From: Candidatus Omnitrophota bacterium
Lineage (GTDB): Bacteria; Omnitrophota; Gorgyraeia; JAHIPI01
Assembly: GCA_016783745.1 (NCBI GenBank)
Contig: JADHVZ010000003.1
Span: 7,112 to 71,111, forward strand
Direction: 5' to 3'
DNA: 64,000 bases
The position numbers and the translations under genes are program-made. The notes under the pieces are model-generated. The model did no database searches, had not been told where the DNA came from, and saw only the letters and a list, made by a program, of their open reading frames with translations. This document shows positions 29,678 to 43,300 of this stretch, in pieces; positions within the stretch are counted from its first letter, which is position 1, and the number at the start of each line of letters is the position of its first letter.

Positions 29678-29753
29678 GCGGGAGTAGCTCAGTTGGTAGA
29701 GCATCACGTTGCCAACGTGAATGTCGCCGGTTCGAGCCCGGTCTCCCGCTCCA
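29678..29753 (+). tRNA. tRNA-Gly(GCC)
   Basis: GCGGGAG/CTCCCGC acceptor, TCACG-TTGCCAA-CGTGA, GGTTCGA, TCCA. Confidence 0.95.
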
Positions 29754-29912
29754 ATTTTTCGCGTGCGAAAAATTGTCCTGAAGGCGCGGCGTGCAGGAGC
29801 GCCTGAAGGGCCACAAATTCGCGAAGCGTAAATATGTCCCGAGGATCCACATTTTTATTTTTATTAACAGCAATTATAAATTTAAACAGGCGAAAGGAGA
29901 TAGTATACTAAC

Positions 29913-30380
29913 ATGAAAATAATGGATTTTCTTTCCAGGAAGGCCGTGATTGATAACCTTAAGTCAACGAACAAAGAAGGGGTAATACGGGAACTCATTG
30001 ATTCCCTTTCTAAGGCGGGCGCTATCAAGGCTAAAAAAGATGAAATAGTTAAGATCCTGATGGCAAGAGAGGCCTTAGGCTCAACCGGTATAGGCCAGGG
30101 CGTAGGAATACCTCACGGTAAATCCTCTGCGATAAAGAGCCTCGTAGCGGCTTTTGGCTTATCCAGGGATGGAATAGACTTCGAATCTCTGGACGGCGAA
30201 CCCGCTCACATCTTTTTCCTGATATTGGCGCCGGAGGATTCGGCAGGCCCGCATCTTAAAGCTTTAGCGCGTATATCCCGCCTTTTAAGAGATAAACACA
30301 TCAGGGAATTATTAAAGAAGGCCCACAGTGAGAAAGATATAGTAAAAATCATAACCGAAGAAGACAGTAAAAAACATTAA
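29913..30380 (+). CDS. ptsN: PTS EIIA (Ntr/fructose-type)
   Basis: REALGSTGIGQGVGIPHG, DFESLDGEP, HLKALARISR. Confidence 0.9.
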   Translation: MKIMDFLSRKAVIDNLKSTNKEGVIRELIDSLSKAGAIKAKKDEIVKILMAREALGSTGIGQGVGIPHGKSSAIKSLVAAFGLSRDGIDFESLDGEPAHIFFLILAPEDSAGPHLKALARISRLLRDKHIRELLKKAHSEKDIVKIITEEDSKKH

Positions 30381-30453
30381 TTAGTGCTGAGTCGGGAGTT
30401 GGGAGTCAAGAAACTTCCACACTCAAGACTCAGAACTCAGGACTCATAACTAA
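30381..30453. repeat. Heptamer-unit hairpin (nGAGTnn / nnACTCA)
   Basis: TGAGTCG GGAGTTG GGAGTCA ... ACACTCA AGACTCA GAACTCA GGACTCA TAACTAA; fills the ptsN-yvcK spacer. Confidence 0.82.
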
Positions 30454-30455
30454 AT

Positions 30456-31694
30456 ATGAAAAAACTCAAATGGCTTATTCCGGGAATGGGGGTTAAAAGA
30501 TGGATATTTCTTTTGATATTGAGCGTGATCCTCACATCCATGGGTTCGGTCTTTATCATTGTTGAAAAAAACCCGGACACAAGATTAGGCGCCAGCCTTG
30601 TGATCATTGCGGGCATCGTGGGCGTTATCACAAGCGTCAGGAAGATGGTAAAAACCATTGTCGGAGTTTTTTTGCCGGACCGTGAATCCGAGCTTGTTGA
30701 TATCATATATCAAAAGAGATATCTGGAGCGTGGTTCTAATGTAGTAGTGATCGGCGGAGGAACCGGCCTTTCGGTCCTCCTTCACGGGCTTAAAGATTAT
30801 ACCAGCAACATCACGGCCATAGTAACGGTCGCTGACGACGGCGGCTCATCCGGAAAACTGCGCGAGGAGTTCAATGTTCTCCCGCCCGGCGACATAAGGA
30901 GCTGCCTTGTGGCTTTAGCGGACGCGGAACCTCTGATGAGCAAGCTTTTTCAATTCCGTTTTACGGAAGGGGAGCATTTAAAAGGCCATAGTTTTGGAAA
31001 TCTTTTTATAACGGCCATGTCCAAAGTAACCGGAGATTTTGAACAGGCCGTGAGGGAATCCAGTAAGGTACTTGCTATACGCGGGAAGGTAATACCGTCA
31101 ACCCTATCAAAAATAATGCTTGTCGCCGAATACCAGAACGGTGAGGTGGCCAGAGGTGAAAGCAATATTCCGGGGAAAAAGACACCGATAAAAAAAGTTT
31201 TTCTTGAACCGAAAGAATGTGAAGCCACGGGAGCGGCGCTTGAGGCTATAAGAGAAGCTGATATTATCATCCTTGGCCCCGGCAGCTTATATACCAGCAT
31301 TATTCCTAATCTTTTGATAAATGGCATCTACCAGGAGGTATCAAGAAGCAAGGTACTCAAGATATATATTTGCAACGTAATGACTCAGGCCGGCGAGACA
31401 GACGGTTATAAGGCGAGTGACCATATCAAGGCAATAGTGCACCACACGACAACCGATATTATAAATACCTGTATCATAAATACAGCCGGTGTGCCCGGCG
31501 GCCTTTTAGAAAAATATAAAGAAGAAAGATCCGGGCCGGTCGAGCCCGACAGGGATAAAATACGTAAAATGGGTTACAAGGTCATAGGCGCTAACGTCAT
31601 AGACGCCAAGGATGTCGTCAGGCACGACCCGCATAAATTATCGCGGATAATAATGAATCTTATAGGGGAATATACCCGGCGAGGCAGTATTTAA
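30456..31694 (+). CDS. yvcK: YvcK/GlmR-family protein with N-terminal TM helices
   Basis: IGGGTGLS, VADDGGSSG, PPGDIR, GPGSLYTS, NVMTQAGET, RHDP. Confidence 0.92.
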   Translation: MKKLKWLIPGMGVKRWIFLLILSVILTSMGSVFIIVEKNPDTRLGASLVIIAGIVGVITSVRKMVKTIVGVFLPDRESELVDIIYQKRYLERGSNVVVIGGGTGLSVLLHGLKDYTSNITAIVTVADDGGSSGKLREEFNVLPPGDIRSCLVALADAEPLMSKLFQFRFTEGEHLKGHSFGNLFITAMSKVTGDFEQAVRESSKVLAIRGKVIPSTLSKIMLVAEYQNGEVARGESNIPGKKTPIKKVFLEPKECEATGAALEAIREADIIILGPGSLYTSIIPNLLINGIYQEVSRSKVLKIYICNVMTQAGETDGYKASDHIKAIVHHTTTDIINTCIINTAGVPGGLLEKYKEERSGPVEPDRDKIRKMGYKVIGANVIDAKDVVRHDPHKLSRIIMNLIGEYTRRGSI

Positions 31695-31695
31695 T

Positions 31696-32064
31696 ATGAT
31701 CATAGAGAAAAAAGTCGTGATAAATAATAGGATGGGACTCCACGCGAGGCCTGCGGCTATGTTTGTGCAGATAGCTAATAAATTCGATTGCGATATCATG
31801 ATCAAGCGCGGCAATCAGAAAGTCAACGGCAAATCAATAATGGGCATTCTCACTCTGGCTGCGAACAAGGGAGCCAAGGTATTGCTAAGAGCGGAGGGTC
31901 CGGATTCTGAGGTTGCTATTGCTAAGCTGGAAAAGCTGCTTTCCGGAGAACTTGACGATGTTCTATTTAAAGAGATCATTCCCAGGACAAAAAAAGACGT
32001 ATCGCGTAAAGGCGGCCTGATATCCGCGGAAGAGAAGGAAAAAAAGGAAGAGGATAATGGGTGA
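31696..32064 (+). CDS. ptsH: HPr phosphocarrier with C-terminal extension
   Basis: GLHARPA (His15), NGKSIMG (Ser46). Confidence 0.93.
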   Translation: MIIEKKVVINNRMGLHARPAAMFVQIANKFDCDIMIKRGNQKVNGKSIMGILTLAANKGAKVLLRAEGPDSEVAIAKLEKLLSGELDDVLFKEIIPRTKKDVSRKGGLISAEEKEKKEEDNG

Positions 32065-33814
32065 GACTATACTAAAGGGAATACCGGCAGCGCCGGGCAT
32101 AACAATAGGAAAGGCCTATCTCCTGGACAGTGAGGACTTTACCATCTCCAAAAGGCATATTACCGAAAAAGGCCTGCCCGATGAGATCAATAGATTTCAG
32201 GATGCCCTTATCAAAACAAGAAATGAGATCCTTAAGATAAAAGATAAGATCTCCAAAGATATGGGTGTAGAGCACGGAGAGATCTTTAGCGCCCACCTCC
32301 TTGTCCTGGAAGATAGTATGCTTATCGAGGAAGTCATCACCAAGATGAAGAAAGATAAGATAGGTGTAGAGTATGTTTTTCTGGAGGTGCTGAGAAAATA
32401 TATAAAGACTTTTTCGAAAATGGACGATGAATATCTGAGAGAGCGTATAAGCGATATCAACGATGTAGGCAAAAGGATACTGCGCAATCTTCTAGGGGCG
32501 AAGCAGATGTTATTAGCAGATCTAAAAGAGAAGGTGATAATAATCTCTTATGACCTGTCCCCGTCTGATACGGCCGTAATGCACAGGAAGAATGTAATAG
32601 GCTTCGCTACGGATATCGGAGGCCGGACCTCACATACCGCCATTATGGCAAAGGCCCTTGAGATAACCGCCGTTGTAGGCCTGGAGAAGATAACCAAGGT
32701 GGTAAAAAACGGCGATATTCTGGTGATCGACGGAAACCGAGGCCTGGTCATAGCGGAACCTCAAAAAAAGACTTTAGATAAATATCATGCTGAAAAAAAG
32801 AAATATGAAAAGCTCGAAAGAGAGCTGATGACCCTGAAAAATCTTCCGTGCGAGACTCTTGACGGCCACAGGATAGAATTGTCCGCAAATATCGAGATGC
32901 CGGAAGAGATCGCTTCAGTGCTAAGGCACGGCGCCGACGGGATAGGGCTTTATCGCAGCGAGTTCTTCTACATCAACAGAGGGGACCTGCCGGATGAAGA
33001 GGAGCAATTCAAGGCATATGCGGAAGTGGCTAAAAAAATGGCCCCGAAACCCGTCATCATAAGAACGCTTGATCTGGGAGGGGATAAATTTCTTTCGCAA
33101 CTGGAGATACCCAGAGAGATGAATCCTTTTATGGGTTGGCGCGCTATAAGGTTCTGCCTGGCCAGACCGAATATATTCAAGGTCCAGTTAAGAGCTATTC
33201 TGAGGGCTTCCGCTTTTGGGAATCTCAAGATCATGTATCCGATGATATCAGGCATAGAGGAGCTGAAACAGGCAAACGCTATTCTTGACGAGGTGAAAAG
33301 CGAGCTGAAAAAAAAGAAGATCCCTTTCTCCCAAGATGTAGAAGTAGGGGCGATGATAGAGATACCGTCAGCTGCTTTGACGAGTGACATAATGGCTAAA
33401 GAAGCGGATTTCTTTTCAATCGGAACAAACGACCTTATACAATATGCGCTTGCCGTTGACAGGGTCAATGAGAAGATAGCGTATTTATACGAGCCGGCCC
33501 ATCCGGCAGTTCTCCGCCTTATAAAATTTATAATCGACAGTGCCCATAAAGAGGGCATATGGGTCGGGATGTGCGGTGAAATGGCTGGAGATCCTGCCCT
33601 GACAGTGATATTGCTTGGCCTTGGTCTGGACGAATTCAGCACTTCCCCTATACTCCTGCCGGAAGTAAAGATGATAATCAGGGCGTTTAAGCTTTCGGAA
33701 GCAAAGAAACTGGCCAAAAAAGCGCTGACTTTTCAAACCGGAAAAGAAATAGAGGAATTCGCGCGTGAAAAATTAAAGGAAGTGCTGCCGGAATTAGTCA
33801 TAGGAAGGGCGTAA
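32057..33814 (+). CDS. ptsI: PTS enzyme I
   Basis: GGRTSHTAI, GIGLYRSE, RTLDLGGDK, MIEIPSA, SIGTNDLIQY, GMCGE. Confidence 0.96.
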   Translation: MGETILKGIPAAPGITIGKAYLLDSEDFTISKRHITEKGLPDEINRFQDALIKTRNEILKIKDKISKDMGVEHGEIFSAHLLVLEDSMLIEEVITKMKKDKIGVEYVFLEVLRKYIKTFSKMDDEYLRERISDINDVGKRILRNLLGAKQMLLADLKEKVIIISYDLSPSDTAVMHRKNVIGFATDIGGRTSHTAIMAKALEITAVVGLEKITKVVKNGDILVIDGNRGLVIAEPQKKTLDKYHAEKKKYEKLERELMTLKNLPCETLDGHRIELSANIEMPEEIASVLRHGADGIGLYRSEFFYINRGDLPDEEEQFKAYAEVAKKMAPKPVIIRTLDLGGDKFLSQLEIPREMNPFMGWRAIRFCLARPNIFKVQLRAILRASAFGNLKIMYPMISGIEELKQANAILDEVKSELKKKKIPFSQDVEVGAMIEIPSAALTSDIMAKEADFFSIGTNDLIQYALAVDRVNEKIAYLYEPAHPAVLRLIKFIIDSAHKEGIWVGMCGEMAGDPALTVILLGLGLDEFSTSPILLPEVKMIIRAFKLSEAKKLAKKALTFQTGKEIEEFAREKLKEVLPELVIGRA

Positions 33815-33817
33815 AGG

Positions 33818-35628
<1,811 letters not shown>

Positions 35629-35667
35629 GTCTTAGGTCGCTAGGTTTAAAAAAAAGGAGGAAAGAGA

Positions 35668-36825
35668 ATGTCGAAGGCGAAAAGTAAGCATCTTTTTACA
35701 TCAGAGAGTGTGACAGAAGGCCATCCCGATAAAATTTGCGATCAGATATCAGATGGGATACTGGACGCTATTTATGAGAAGGATCCGAACGGCAGAGTGG
35801 CGTGTGAGACCATGGTGACAACAGGACTTGTTTTCGTCACCGGAGAGATCACTACCTCTACTTATGTAGAGATACCTAAGATAATCAGGCGAACGATAAA
35901 GGATATAGGTTATTCAGACCCGGCCTATGGTTTTGACTATATGACCTGCGGTGTGATCACCTCTATCCAGGAACAGTCGTCAAACATCGCCCAGGGCGTG
36001 GACACCGGCGGCGCCGGAGACCAGGGTATGATGTTCGGTTATGCTACGGATGAGACACCCGAGTATATGCCCATGCCGATAGTGCTTGCCCACAAACTGA
36101 CGCGCAGGCTTGCGGAGATACGAAAGAATAACCTTGTAGATTATCTCCGCCCGGACGGAAAATCTCAGGTGACTATCGGATATGACGGCGGCATGCCGAA
36201 GACGATAGAAACCATAGTATTGAGCGCCCACCATGATCCTGAAGCCAAGATGGACAGAATAAAGAGCGATCTGAAAAAGCTGGTAATAGACCATGTTATG
36301 CCGAAGAAGATGATGAGAAAGAGCACGAAAATATATATAAATCCGACCGGAAAGTTCGCAGTAGGCGGGCCGCAGGCTGATAGCGGTGTTACAGGGAGAA
36401 AGATCATAGTGGATACTTACGGCGGAGTAGGCTCCCATGGCGGCGGCTGCTTCTCCGGCAAGGATCCGACAAAAGTCGATAGATCGGCCTCATATATGGC
36501 CAGGTATGTCGCGAAGAACATTGTTGCCGCTAAACTGGCAAAGAAATGCGAGATACAGGTCGCGTATGCGATAGGGGTGGCTGAACCTGTAAGCGTAATG
36601 GTCAACTCCTACGGGACAGGTAGATTTTCCGATGAAAAACTTGCGAGACTTGTGGCGGATGTGTTTGATCTGAGGCCAAAGGCTATTATAGAGCAATTGA
36701 AGCTGAGAAGGCCCATATACAAAAGGACAGCCAGTTACGGCCATTTTGGAAGAATGGAAGAGGGTTTCACATGGGAGCAGCTTGACAGGGCGGCGGAATT
36801 AGAGAAGAAAGCGAGGAAGAGATAA
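35668..36825 (+). CDS. metK: S-adenosylmethionine synthetase
   Basis: [41 protein letters not shown]. Confidence 0.98.
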   Translation: MSKAKSKHLFTSESVTEGHPDKICDQISDGILDAIYEKDPNGRVACETMVTTGLVFVTGEITTSTYVEIPKIIRRTIKDIGYSDPAYGFDYMTCGVITSIQEQSSNIAQGVDTGGAGDQGMMFGYATDETPEYMPMPIVLAHKLTRRLAEIRKNNLVDYLRPDGKSQVTIGYDGGMPKTIETIVLSAHHDPEAKMDRIKSDLKKLVIDHVMPKKMMRKSTKIYINPTGKFAVGGPQADSGVTGRKIIVDTYGGVGSHGGGCFSGKDPTKVDRSASYMARYVAKNIVAAKLAKKCEIQVAYAIGVAEPVSVMVNSYGTGRFSDEKLARLVADVFDLRPKAIIEQLKLRRPIYKRTASYGHFGRMEEGFTWEQLDRAAELEKKARKR

Positions 36826-36828
36826 TAA

Positions 36829-38085
36829 ATGAAATACGATATCAAAGATGCCAAACTGGCGAATAAGGGAAAGCTGAGAATGGAATGGGCAATGGAATAC
36901 ATGCCCGTTTTAAAAATGATCATGAATAGATTTAAAAAAGAGAAGCCTTTGAAGGGGACTAGAGTCGCGTGTTGCCTTCACGTTACAACGGAAACAGCAA
37001 ATCTTATGCTGGCGCTAAAGGCCGGCGGCGCGAATGTGACATTATGCGCTTCGAATCCATTGAGTACGCAGGATGATGTTGCCGCGTCATTGGTAAAGGA
37101 TTACAATATACCTGTCTACGCGATCAAAGGCGAGAACGAAAAGACATATTACCAGCATATCAATAAGCTTCTGGATTTAAAACCGCAGATAACAATGGAT
37201 GACGGAGCGGATCTGGTCTCAGCTATACATATGAAGAGAAGGGATCTTGCCGCGGGCGTTTTGGGAGGCAGCGAAGAGACGACGACAGGCGTGATCAGGC
37301 TCCGAAGCCTTGAGAAAAGCGGCAAGCTGCTTTTTCCTATGATAGCCGTAAATGATGCCGACACAAAACATCTGTTTGACAATAGATACGGTACGGGACA
37401 GTCTACGATAGACGGTATCTTGCGCGCGACTAATATTTTAATGGCAGGCTCAAAATTTGTTGTATGTGGATATGGATGGTGCGGAAGAGGTGTAGCTATG
37501 CGTGCCAGGGGTATGGGCGCGATAGTATACATTTGTGAAACAGATCCATTGCGGGGTTTGGAAGCGGTAATGGACGGCTATGAAGTCCTTCCTATTAAGG
37601 AAGCCGCCAAGATAGCTGACGTAATTGTCACATTGACAGGTGATACAGGTGTTATTAGAGGGGAACATTTCAAATTGATGAAAAACGGCGCGATTATAGC
37701 TAATTCCGGCCACTTTAATGTTGAGATAGATATCCCCGCGCTTGAGCAGCTTTCCAGCAAGAAAAGACGCATCAGGGAATTTGTGGATGAATATGCGTTA
37801 AAGAACGGAAAGAAAATATATCTTTTGGGTGAGGGAAGGCTGGTCAATCTGGCAGCCGCGGAAGGCCATCCGGCAAGCGTCATGGATATGAGCTTTGCCG
37901 ACCAGGCGCTGAGCGCTGAATTCGTAAAGAAAAATGCTTCCGACCTCAGAAAAAAGGTATATGATGTGCCCAAGGAAATAGATAAGGAAGTAGCGCGGCT
38001 TAAATTGAAGACAATGGGCATCAGGATAGATACATTGACGGAAGAACAGAAAAAGTATCTGGAAAGCTGGGAGATAGGTACATAG
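36829..38085 (+). CDS. ahcY: Adenosylhomocysteinase
   Basis: [49 protein letters not shown]. Confidence 0.97.
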   Translation: MKYDIKDAKLANKGKLRMEWAMEYMPVLKMIMNRFKKEKPLKGTRVACCLHVTTETANLMLALKAGGANVTLCASNPLSTQDDVAASLVKDYNIPVYAIKGENEKTYYQHINKLLDLKPQITMDDGADLVSAIHMKRRDLAAGVLGGSEETTTGVIRLRSLEKSGKLLFPMIAVNDADTKHLFDNRYGTGQSTIDGILRATNILMAGSKFVVCGYGWCGRGVAMRARGMGAIVYICETDPLRGLEAVMDGYEVLPIKEAAKIADVIVTLTGDTGVIRGEHFKLMKNGAIIANSGHFNVEIDIPALEQLSSKKRRIREFVDEYALKNGKKIYLLGEGRLVNLAAAEGHPASVMDMSFADQALSAEFVKKNASDLRKKVYDVPKEIDKEVARLKLKTMGIRIDTLTEEQKKYLESWEIGT

Positions 38086-39078
38086 ATGATCTTCGAAAAA
38101 AAGAACAAAAAAAGGATAGCGCTGTTGACAAGCGGCGGTGATGCCCCCGGCATGAATGCCTCTATCCGGAGCGTTGTGAGGGCCGCGGTATATAACGGAC
38201 TTGATGTTTTCGGGGTATATAGGGGTTTCGCGGGCCTTATCGACGGCGAGATGAAGCAGCTTAATGCCCGCAGCGTAAGTAACATCATCACCGAAGGCGG
38301 GACGATCCTGAAGACTTCAAGATGCCCGGGATTCATGACTCGTGAAGGCCAGAAAAAAGCGGTCGCCCAGCTAAAAAAACACAAAATAGATTGCCTTATC
38401 GTAATAGGAGGCAATGGCTCTTTTCACGGTGCCCAAGCGCTGGGGAGCGTTTGGGGCATTGATGTAATAGGTATTCCCGGAACAATTGATAACGATCTTA
38501 ACGGGACTGATTATACGTTGGGCGCGGACACGGCTGTTAATACAGCGCTTCAGGCCATAGATAAGATCAGAGATACCGTGCATAGTATGGAGCGGATCTT
38601 TATCGTAGAAGTCATGGGACGCCATGAAGGTTTCATCGCGATAAGATGCGGCCTTACGGGCGGAGCCGAGGATATAGTAGTTCCGGAGATAGAATATGAT
38701 ATCAACAGTATGTGTGATGATATCCGAAAAGGCCGCGAAAAGGGCAAGATGAACTGGATCATAGTAGTCGCGGAAGGCGTGACGACGGCTGAAGATTTCG
38801 CGGAAAAGATAAGAGGGAACACAGGCTTCGAGGTCAGGTCAATAACACTTGGCCACATCCAGAGAGGCGGTTCACCTACTGCCATGGACAGGTTGCTTGG
38901 CCTTCGTTTCGGCGCGGCGGCGGTTGATGCCTTTCTCAAGGGCGAGAAAGGAAAGATGGTCGGCGTAGAGGCGGATGAGATCGTACTCACAAGCTTTGAA
39001 TTGGCCTGCGAAAAATGCGAAAAAAAGATGAATCTGGACAGAGAACTGCTAAAATTGACCAGGATGCTGGCAATATAA
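38086..39078 (+). CDS. pfkA: 6-phosphofructokinase
   Basis: TSGGDAPGMN, GGNGS, TIDND, EVMGR, GHIQRGG. Confidence 0.96.
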   Translation: MIFEKKNKKRIALLTSGGDAPGMNASIRSVVRAAVYNGLDVFGVYRGFAGLIDGEMKQLNARSVSNIITEGGTILKTSRCPGFMTREGQKKAVAQLKKHKIDCLIVIGGNGSFHGAQALGSVWGIDVIGIPGTIDNDLNGTDYTLGADTAVNTALQAIDKIRDTVHSMERIFIVEVMGRHEGFIAIRCGLTGGAEDIVVPEIEYDINSMCDDIRKGREKGKMNWIIVVAEGVTTAEDFAEKIRGNTGFEVRSITLGHIQRGGSPTAMDRLLGLRFGAAAVDAFLKGEKGKMVGVEADEIVLTSFELACEKCEKKMNLDRELLKLTRMLAI

Positions 39079-39096
39079 TAAAACCAGGAGGAGGAC

Positions 39097-40176
39097 ATGT
39101 CGTTAGAAAAGGTACTGAAAAAGAGAACGCAGAATACTATTGATAAGTTCGGCAAAGATAATAAGCTCGCCCTTATCTCAGGCCATGATATCTTTAGCGC
39201 GCTGAGGGACGATAAAGTGATAATCATGACCTGCAATATCAGGATCAAGCACGCGGTCCCCGGTATTATGCGCGCGGCTGATGAGCTTGATGCGATAGTC
39301 GGTTATGAGCTTGCAAGATCAGAAGGTAATCTGCAAGGCGGCTATACGGGCCAGACCCCTTATACGTTCGCAGAGATGGTAACGGATTACGCGAATAAGC
39401 TTAATTTCCAAAAACCGTTTTTCATACACGCCGATCACACTACGGTGCGCAATACAAAACCCGAGGAATATGCCGTAGCTGAGGCGATCATAAAAGCCGC
39501 TATAGAAGCCGGTTATACATCCGTATCGATAGACGCCTCACATAATGAGGTAAATGATAATATAGCTATATCGTCAAAGCTTGGAAAGATGGTCCAGGAT
39601 GCCCGTCTCGGCCTTGAAGTGGAGATAGGCGAGATAAAGTTATTAAAAGAAGGCGGAGCGCTCTCAACTGTGGAGGAGTCCATAGAGTTTATTGAAGGCC
39701 TAAAGAAGAATAATGTTACACCTGACCTGCTCGCGATAAACAACGGATCTAAGCACGGAAATTACGCGCCCGGAGAGGAAGTGACTATAGACCTCAAGAG
39801 AACGGGCGAGATATATGAAGCTATAAAGGAATACGGGGTATGCGTAGCTCAGCACGGAATAACCGGAACGCCGCTCGAGCTTGTAGGCCAATTTGCGGAC
39901 TACGGCATCAGAAAAGGTAATGTAGGGACCGAGTGGCAGAATGTTGTCCACAAACATCTGCCGCAGGAGCTTATGGACGATATGAAAAAGTGGTGCGCTG
40001 AGAACAACCAGGATATAAAGAAAGCCACAAAGCCGTTTAAAGAGAGGATAGACAATATCCCTGAAGAGAGCAAAAAGGCAATAGAGGAAGATGCCTATGG
40101 CAGGGCAAAAGCCTATATTCAGGCACTCAGAGCAGAAGGAACAGCAAGCAAGGTTGTGAAGGCGCTGGCAAAGTAG
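39097..40176 (+). CDS. fba: Class II fructose-bisphosphate aldolase
   Basis: HADH, IDASH, EVEIG, GSKHG, QHGITG, KGNVGT. Confidence 0.9.
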   Translation: MSLEKVLKKRTQNTIDKFGKDNKLALISGHDIFSALRDDKVIIMTCNIRIKHAVPGIMRAADELDAIVGYELARSEGNLQGGYTGQTPYTFAEMVTDYANKLNFQKPFFIHADHTTVRNTKPEEYAVAEAIIKAAIEAGYTSVSIDASHNEVNDNIAISSKLGKMVQDARLGLEVEIGEIKLLKEGGALSTVEESIEFIEGLKKNNVTPDLLAINNGSKHGNYAPGEEVTIDLKRTGEIYEAIKEYGVCVAQHGITGTPLELVGQFADYGIRKGNVGTEWQNVVHKHLPQELMDDMKKWCAENNQDIKKATKPFKERIDNIPEESKKAIEEDAYGRAKAYIQALRAEGTASKVVKALAK

Positions 40177-40234
40177 CATTTGTTAGATATTAAAATAGCC
40201 AGATGTTAGAATAAAAAAAGCTAGATATGTGATA

Positions 40235-40296
40235 TTGACAGAGCGTCTCTTGTAGGGTATACTTATATTGTCCTTATAAGAGGCGCTTTTATTTTG
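40235..40296 (+). terminator. Terminator-like 18-bp hairpin overlapping a sigma70 promoter
   Basis: AGAGCGTCTCTTGTAGGG / CCTTATAAGAGGCGCTTT plus T-rich tail; TTGACA(40235)-17-TATACT(40258) with the -10 in the loop. Confidence 0.6.
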
Positions 40297-40365
40297 TAGA
40301 GTTATTTAACGATTTAAAAAAGTTTTTTTGCAAGTGCTATGTATGTCGCTTGATTTCGGAGGTAT

Positions 40366-43300
40366 TTGATGAAGCGGATACGTAATAAGATATTGCTACT
40401 AATGGCGATAATAAGTATCGCAGTAGGAATTTCTCTGCCTGCTATGGCAGCAATATTGTCTCCCGCTGTTGCGCTGAGCTATAGCACAGGCCAGGATGAT
40501 CCGCTTGATTTGGAGATCTCCCATGACCGCGCCTATATTGCCGCTGGTGACTCAGGTATCCATATCGTAAATACTAATAATTTGCGTCTCATAAGTATTA
40601 TTAGCACTAAAGGATCTGCCGAAGCCGTGTTCGTCAATGGCGGATACGCCTATGTTGCGTGCGGCGAGGCCGGATTGGAGATAATAGATCTTCAAAGTCC
40701 GCACCTGGAGCATGTAATTAGCGATACGCCGGGTTACGCGAAGGATATCTCCGTTTATGGCGATTACGCATATGTCGCTGATGCCTACGCGGGTCTTCAG
40801 ATAATCGACGTCTCCGACAAAAAAAATCCTGTTCTCGTGAGGGAGTTTTTCTATGACGATAATGATCAAACAGTTGAGCGGGCTACAAGGCACATGAAAG
40901 ACACTGAAGTGTGCGGTGTATTTGTTTCGTGGCCTTATGTTTACCTGGTGGTCCAAAATACCGGAAATGAAGCAAAGTTCGGAGGCGGCCTGAGGGTGCT
41001 TGGAGTAACAGATCCTCTTGCTGTCGAATTGAGCGTTTTAAATCCGGATGAGGCCGTACCGGATGTTTATTCTGTGCGTGGCCGGGCTACAAGCGTATAT
41101 GTCATAAATAATACAGCCTACCTCACTTCCTATGATCCTTCGAACGGGACTTCTTTTCTTCGCCGGATAGACGTAAGCGATCCTTCTGCGCCTTCGCGAC
41201 CCTCATCGCAGCCCTATGAGTTTCCGGTAAACGGTAACGCTATGGATGTGTATGTTATAGATTCTACGGCATATGTGGCAGCCTATCACGGAGGCCTTCA
41301 CATAATCGGCACAAGTGCATCAGGCTTAATTGATATTATTAAAACCGAAGGATCGGCCATAAGCGTACGCATAGTCGATGATATGCCCTATGTTTGCCAG
41401 GGGGCAGCCGGCAGCTTTGCCGGGCTTATAGCGTACGGACAAGCCGGCACAGGAGACCTTAACGCGGATTCCGAAGTAGATCTCGAGGATTACGCTATCT
41501 TAGCCGATTCATGGCAAAAAAATGCGGTGGATATGTATTTTAACCCTGCCGCGGACATAGATAAAGACGGTGATGTGGATATAGCTGACTACAAAATATT
41601 TATCATCGCGCTCAGGGGATCCAATCCGAACGACCTCGGAGATTTTAACGGAGATGGACTGGTCAATCTGGCAGATGCGGAATATTTTTCAGTTTCGTTC
41701 GAGAAGGGTATAGGCATGCCGGACTTTAATCCTTACGCGGATCTTGACGAAGATCCTGACGGAATGGTGCTGGGCTCTGATTCCGCCATATTTATAGAAT
41801 ACTGGAGGCCAAAACAGCCGCAGGATTTCAGCATGGAAGCGTATTCTTCGAGTGAAGTGTTATATTCCTGGAGCGAGGTACCTAACGCGGATTATTATAC
41901 GCCTAAGGTCATGGATGAGGCCGGGCAATTTAAAGCGCTGCTGGACGAAAACGGTAAAAAAATTACAGTTCCTCACGGGCAGACGACCTATCTTCTGGAT
42001 GGGCTGGATCCTTCGACTGATGTACTTGGCGTAGTAACCGCGGAAAACGGCGGTGGTGAATCAGCGGATTCGTACCCTGCGGGTACGCGAACAGCTGCCC
42101 TGACAAATATGCCTCCTGTGATATCGGATGCCTTGCCTGCCCATAAAGCGATCGTGCAGGGAAAGGATTCATTTGAGCCTATCGACCTTAAGCAATATGT
42201 AGTTGACGATAATACCGAAGCCGCTGATATAATCTGGGAACCCAGGTCGGATTCATTTTCTTCGGTGCTTAATGTTTCCATAGATGACGATAACATCGCC
42301 ATAGTCAGCCTGAACAATACCGGTTTTACCGGTTCCGAGACTATAGAGCTTACCGCGATAGATGACGATCACCTGGAGTCAGAACCAAGGCAGATCACCT
42401 TCACTATCGGCACTTTAGATGCCGATTCAAGCGCGATTCAGGCCTTGATCGGTGAAGCTCAGATAAATGATGTTGTGGATGTGCCGGCCGGCATATATAC
42501 ATTTAGCTCAAACCTTCTTATAGAGCAAAATATACATTTGAGGGGCACGGGAGCCGATAGCACTATTTTTGAACTTGGCGACTATTGTATAGATATTATG
42601 ATGCCTCAAGGCTACGACGGTTTTTATACTTATAGAACCCCAGGAAGAATTAATCCTTTGACTAATGTGACCCTGGAAGGCATAACGATAAGAGGCGGGA
42701 GAAGGTGTCCTTCCGAATCCAGGAGATGGGTCCAGGAAGGTTATGGTATGACTGGTTACGGCGGAGGCCACTGGGAGACTATAAAATATCCGTACGGCAA
42801 GGCCCCTGTACACAACTATTCAAGAAAACTTACTGTTTATAATTGTAAGATCATAGACAACAGGGGGAAGAAGGCGTCAGCCATATACACAGGAGTGAAC
42901 ACACAGCTTGATATAATAAACAGCCTTATTTATGATAATGAACACCCGCCGTCTTCGATCACTGTGAGAGCAAGAAGAGGAAACGAAAGCCGGCCATTGA
43001 TGCAGAGGTTGGACGGAGCGATTTATGTAGATAGATATGCTAAACTTAGAGTAGTCAGCTCCACTATAGCGGGCAACGGCGATGGGCTGGGCTATAATAA
43101 CAGACTCTACGGGGCAATAGCTAAGGACATGTATGCGACCGTATCTATAGTGAACTCCATTCTGTGGGGCAACGGAACAAGGGGGCAGGAACTTTCCTGC
43201 GACAAGTGGAGCATGCCGGGAGTCCATATTGGTAAGACTGTTTTAGACCCTGATTTTGACATCAACGGAAGGCTGGATGATTTTTGCACAAAAGACAGGA

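Noticed and set aside
28923-29753. tRNA cluster as an attachment site for a prophage or genomic island
   Set aside because: No integrase and no clear duplicated tRNA 3' end seen; flanks are housekeeping genes.
28857-29873. ORFs 28857..29438, 29222..29416 and 29646..29873
   Set aside because: They run across tRNA genes and repeats; shadow ORFs.
35630-35667. SAM riboswitch upstream of metK
   Set aside because: The spacer is only ~40 nt and holds TAGGT repeats and the RBS; no room for an aptamer.
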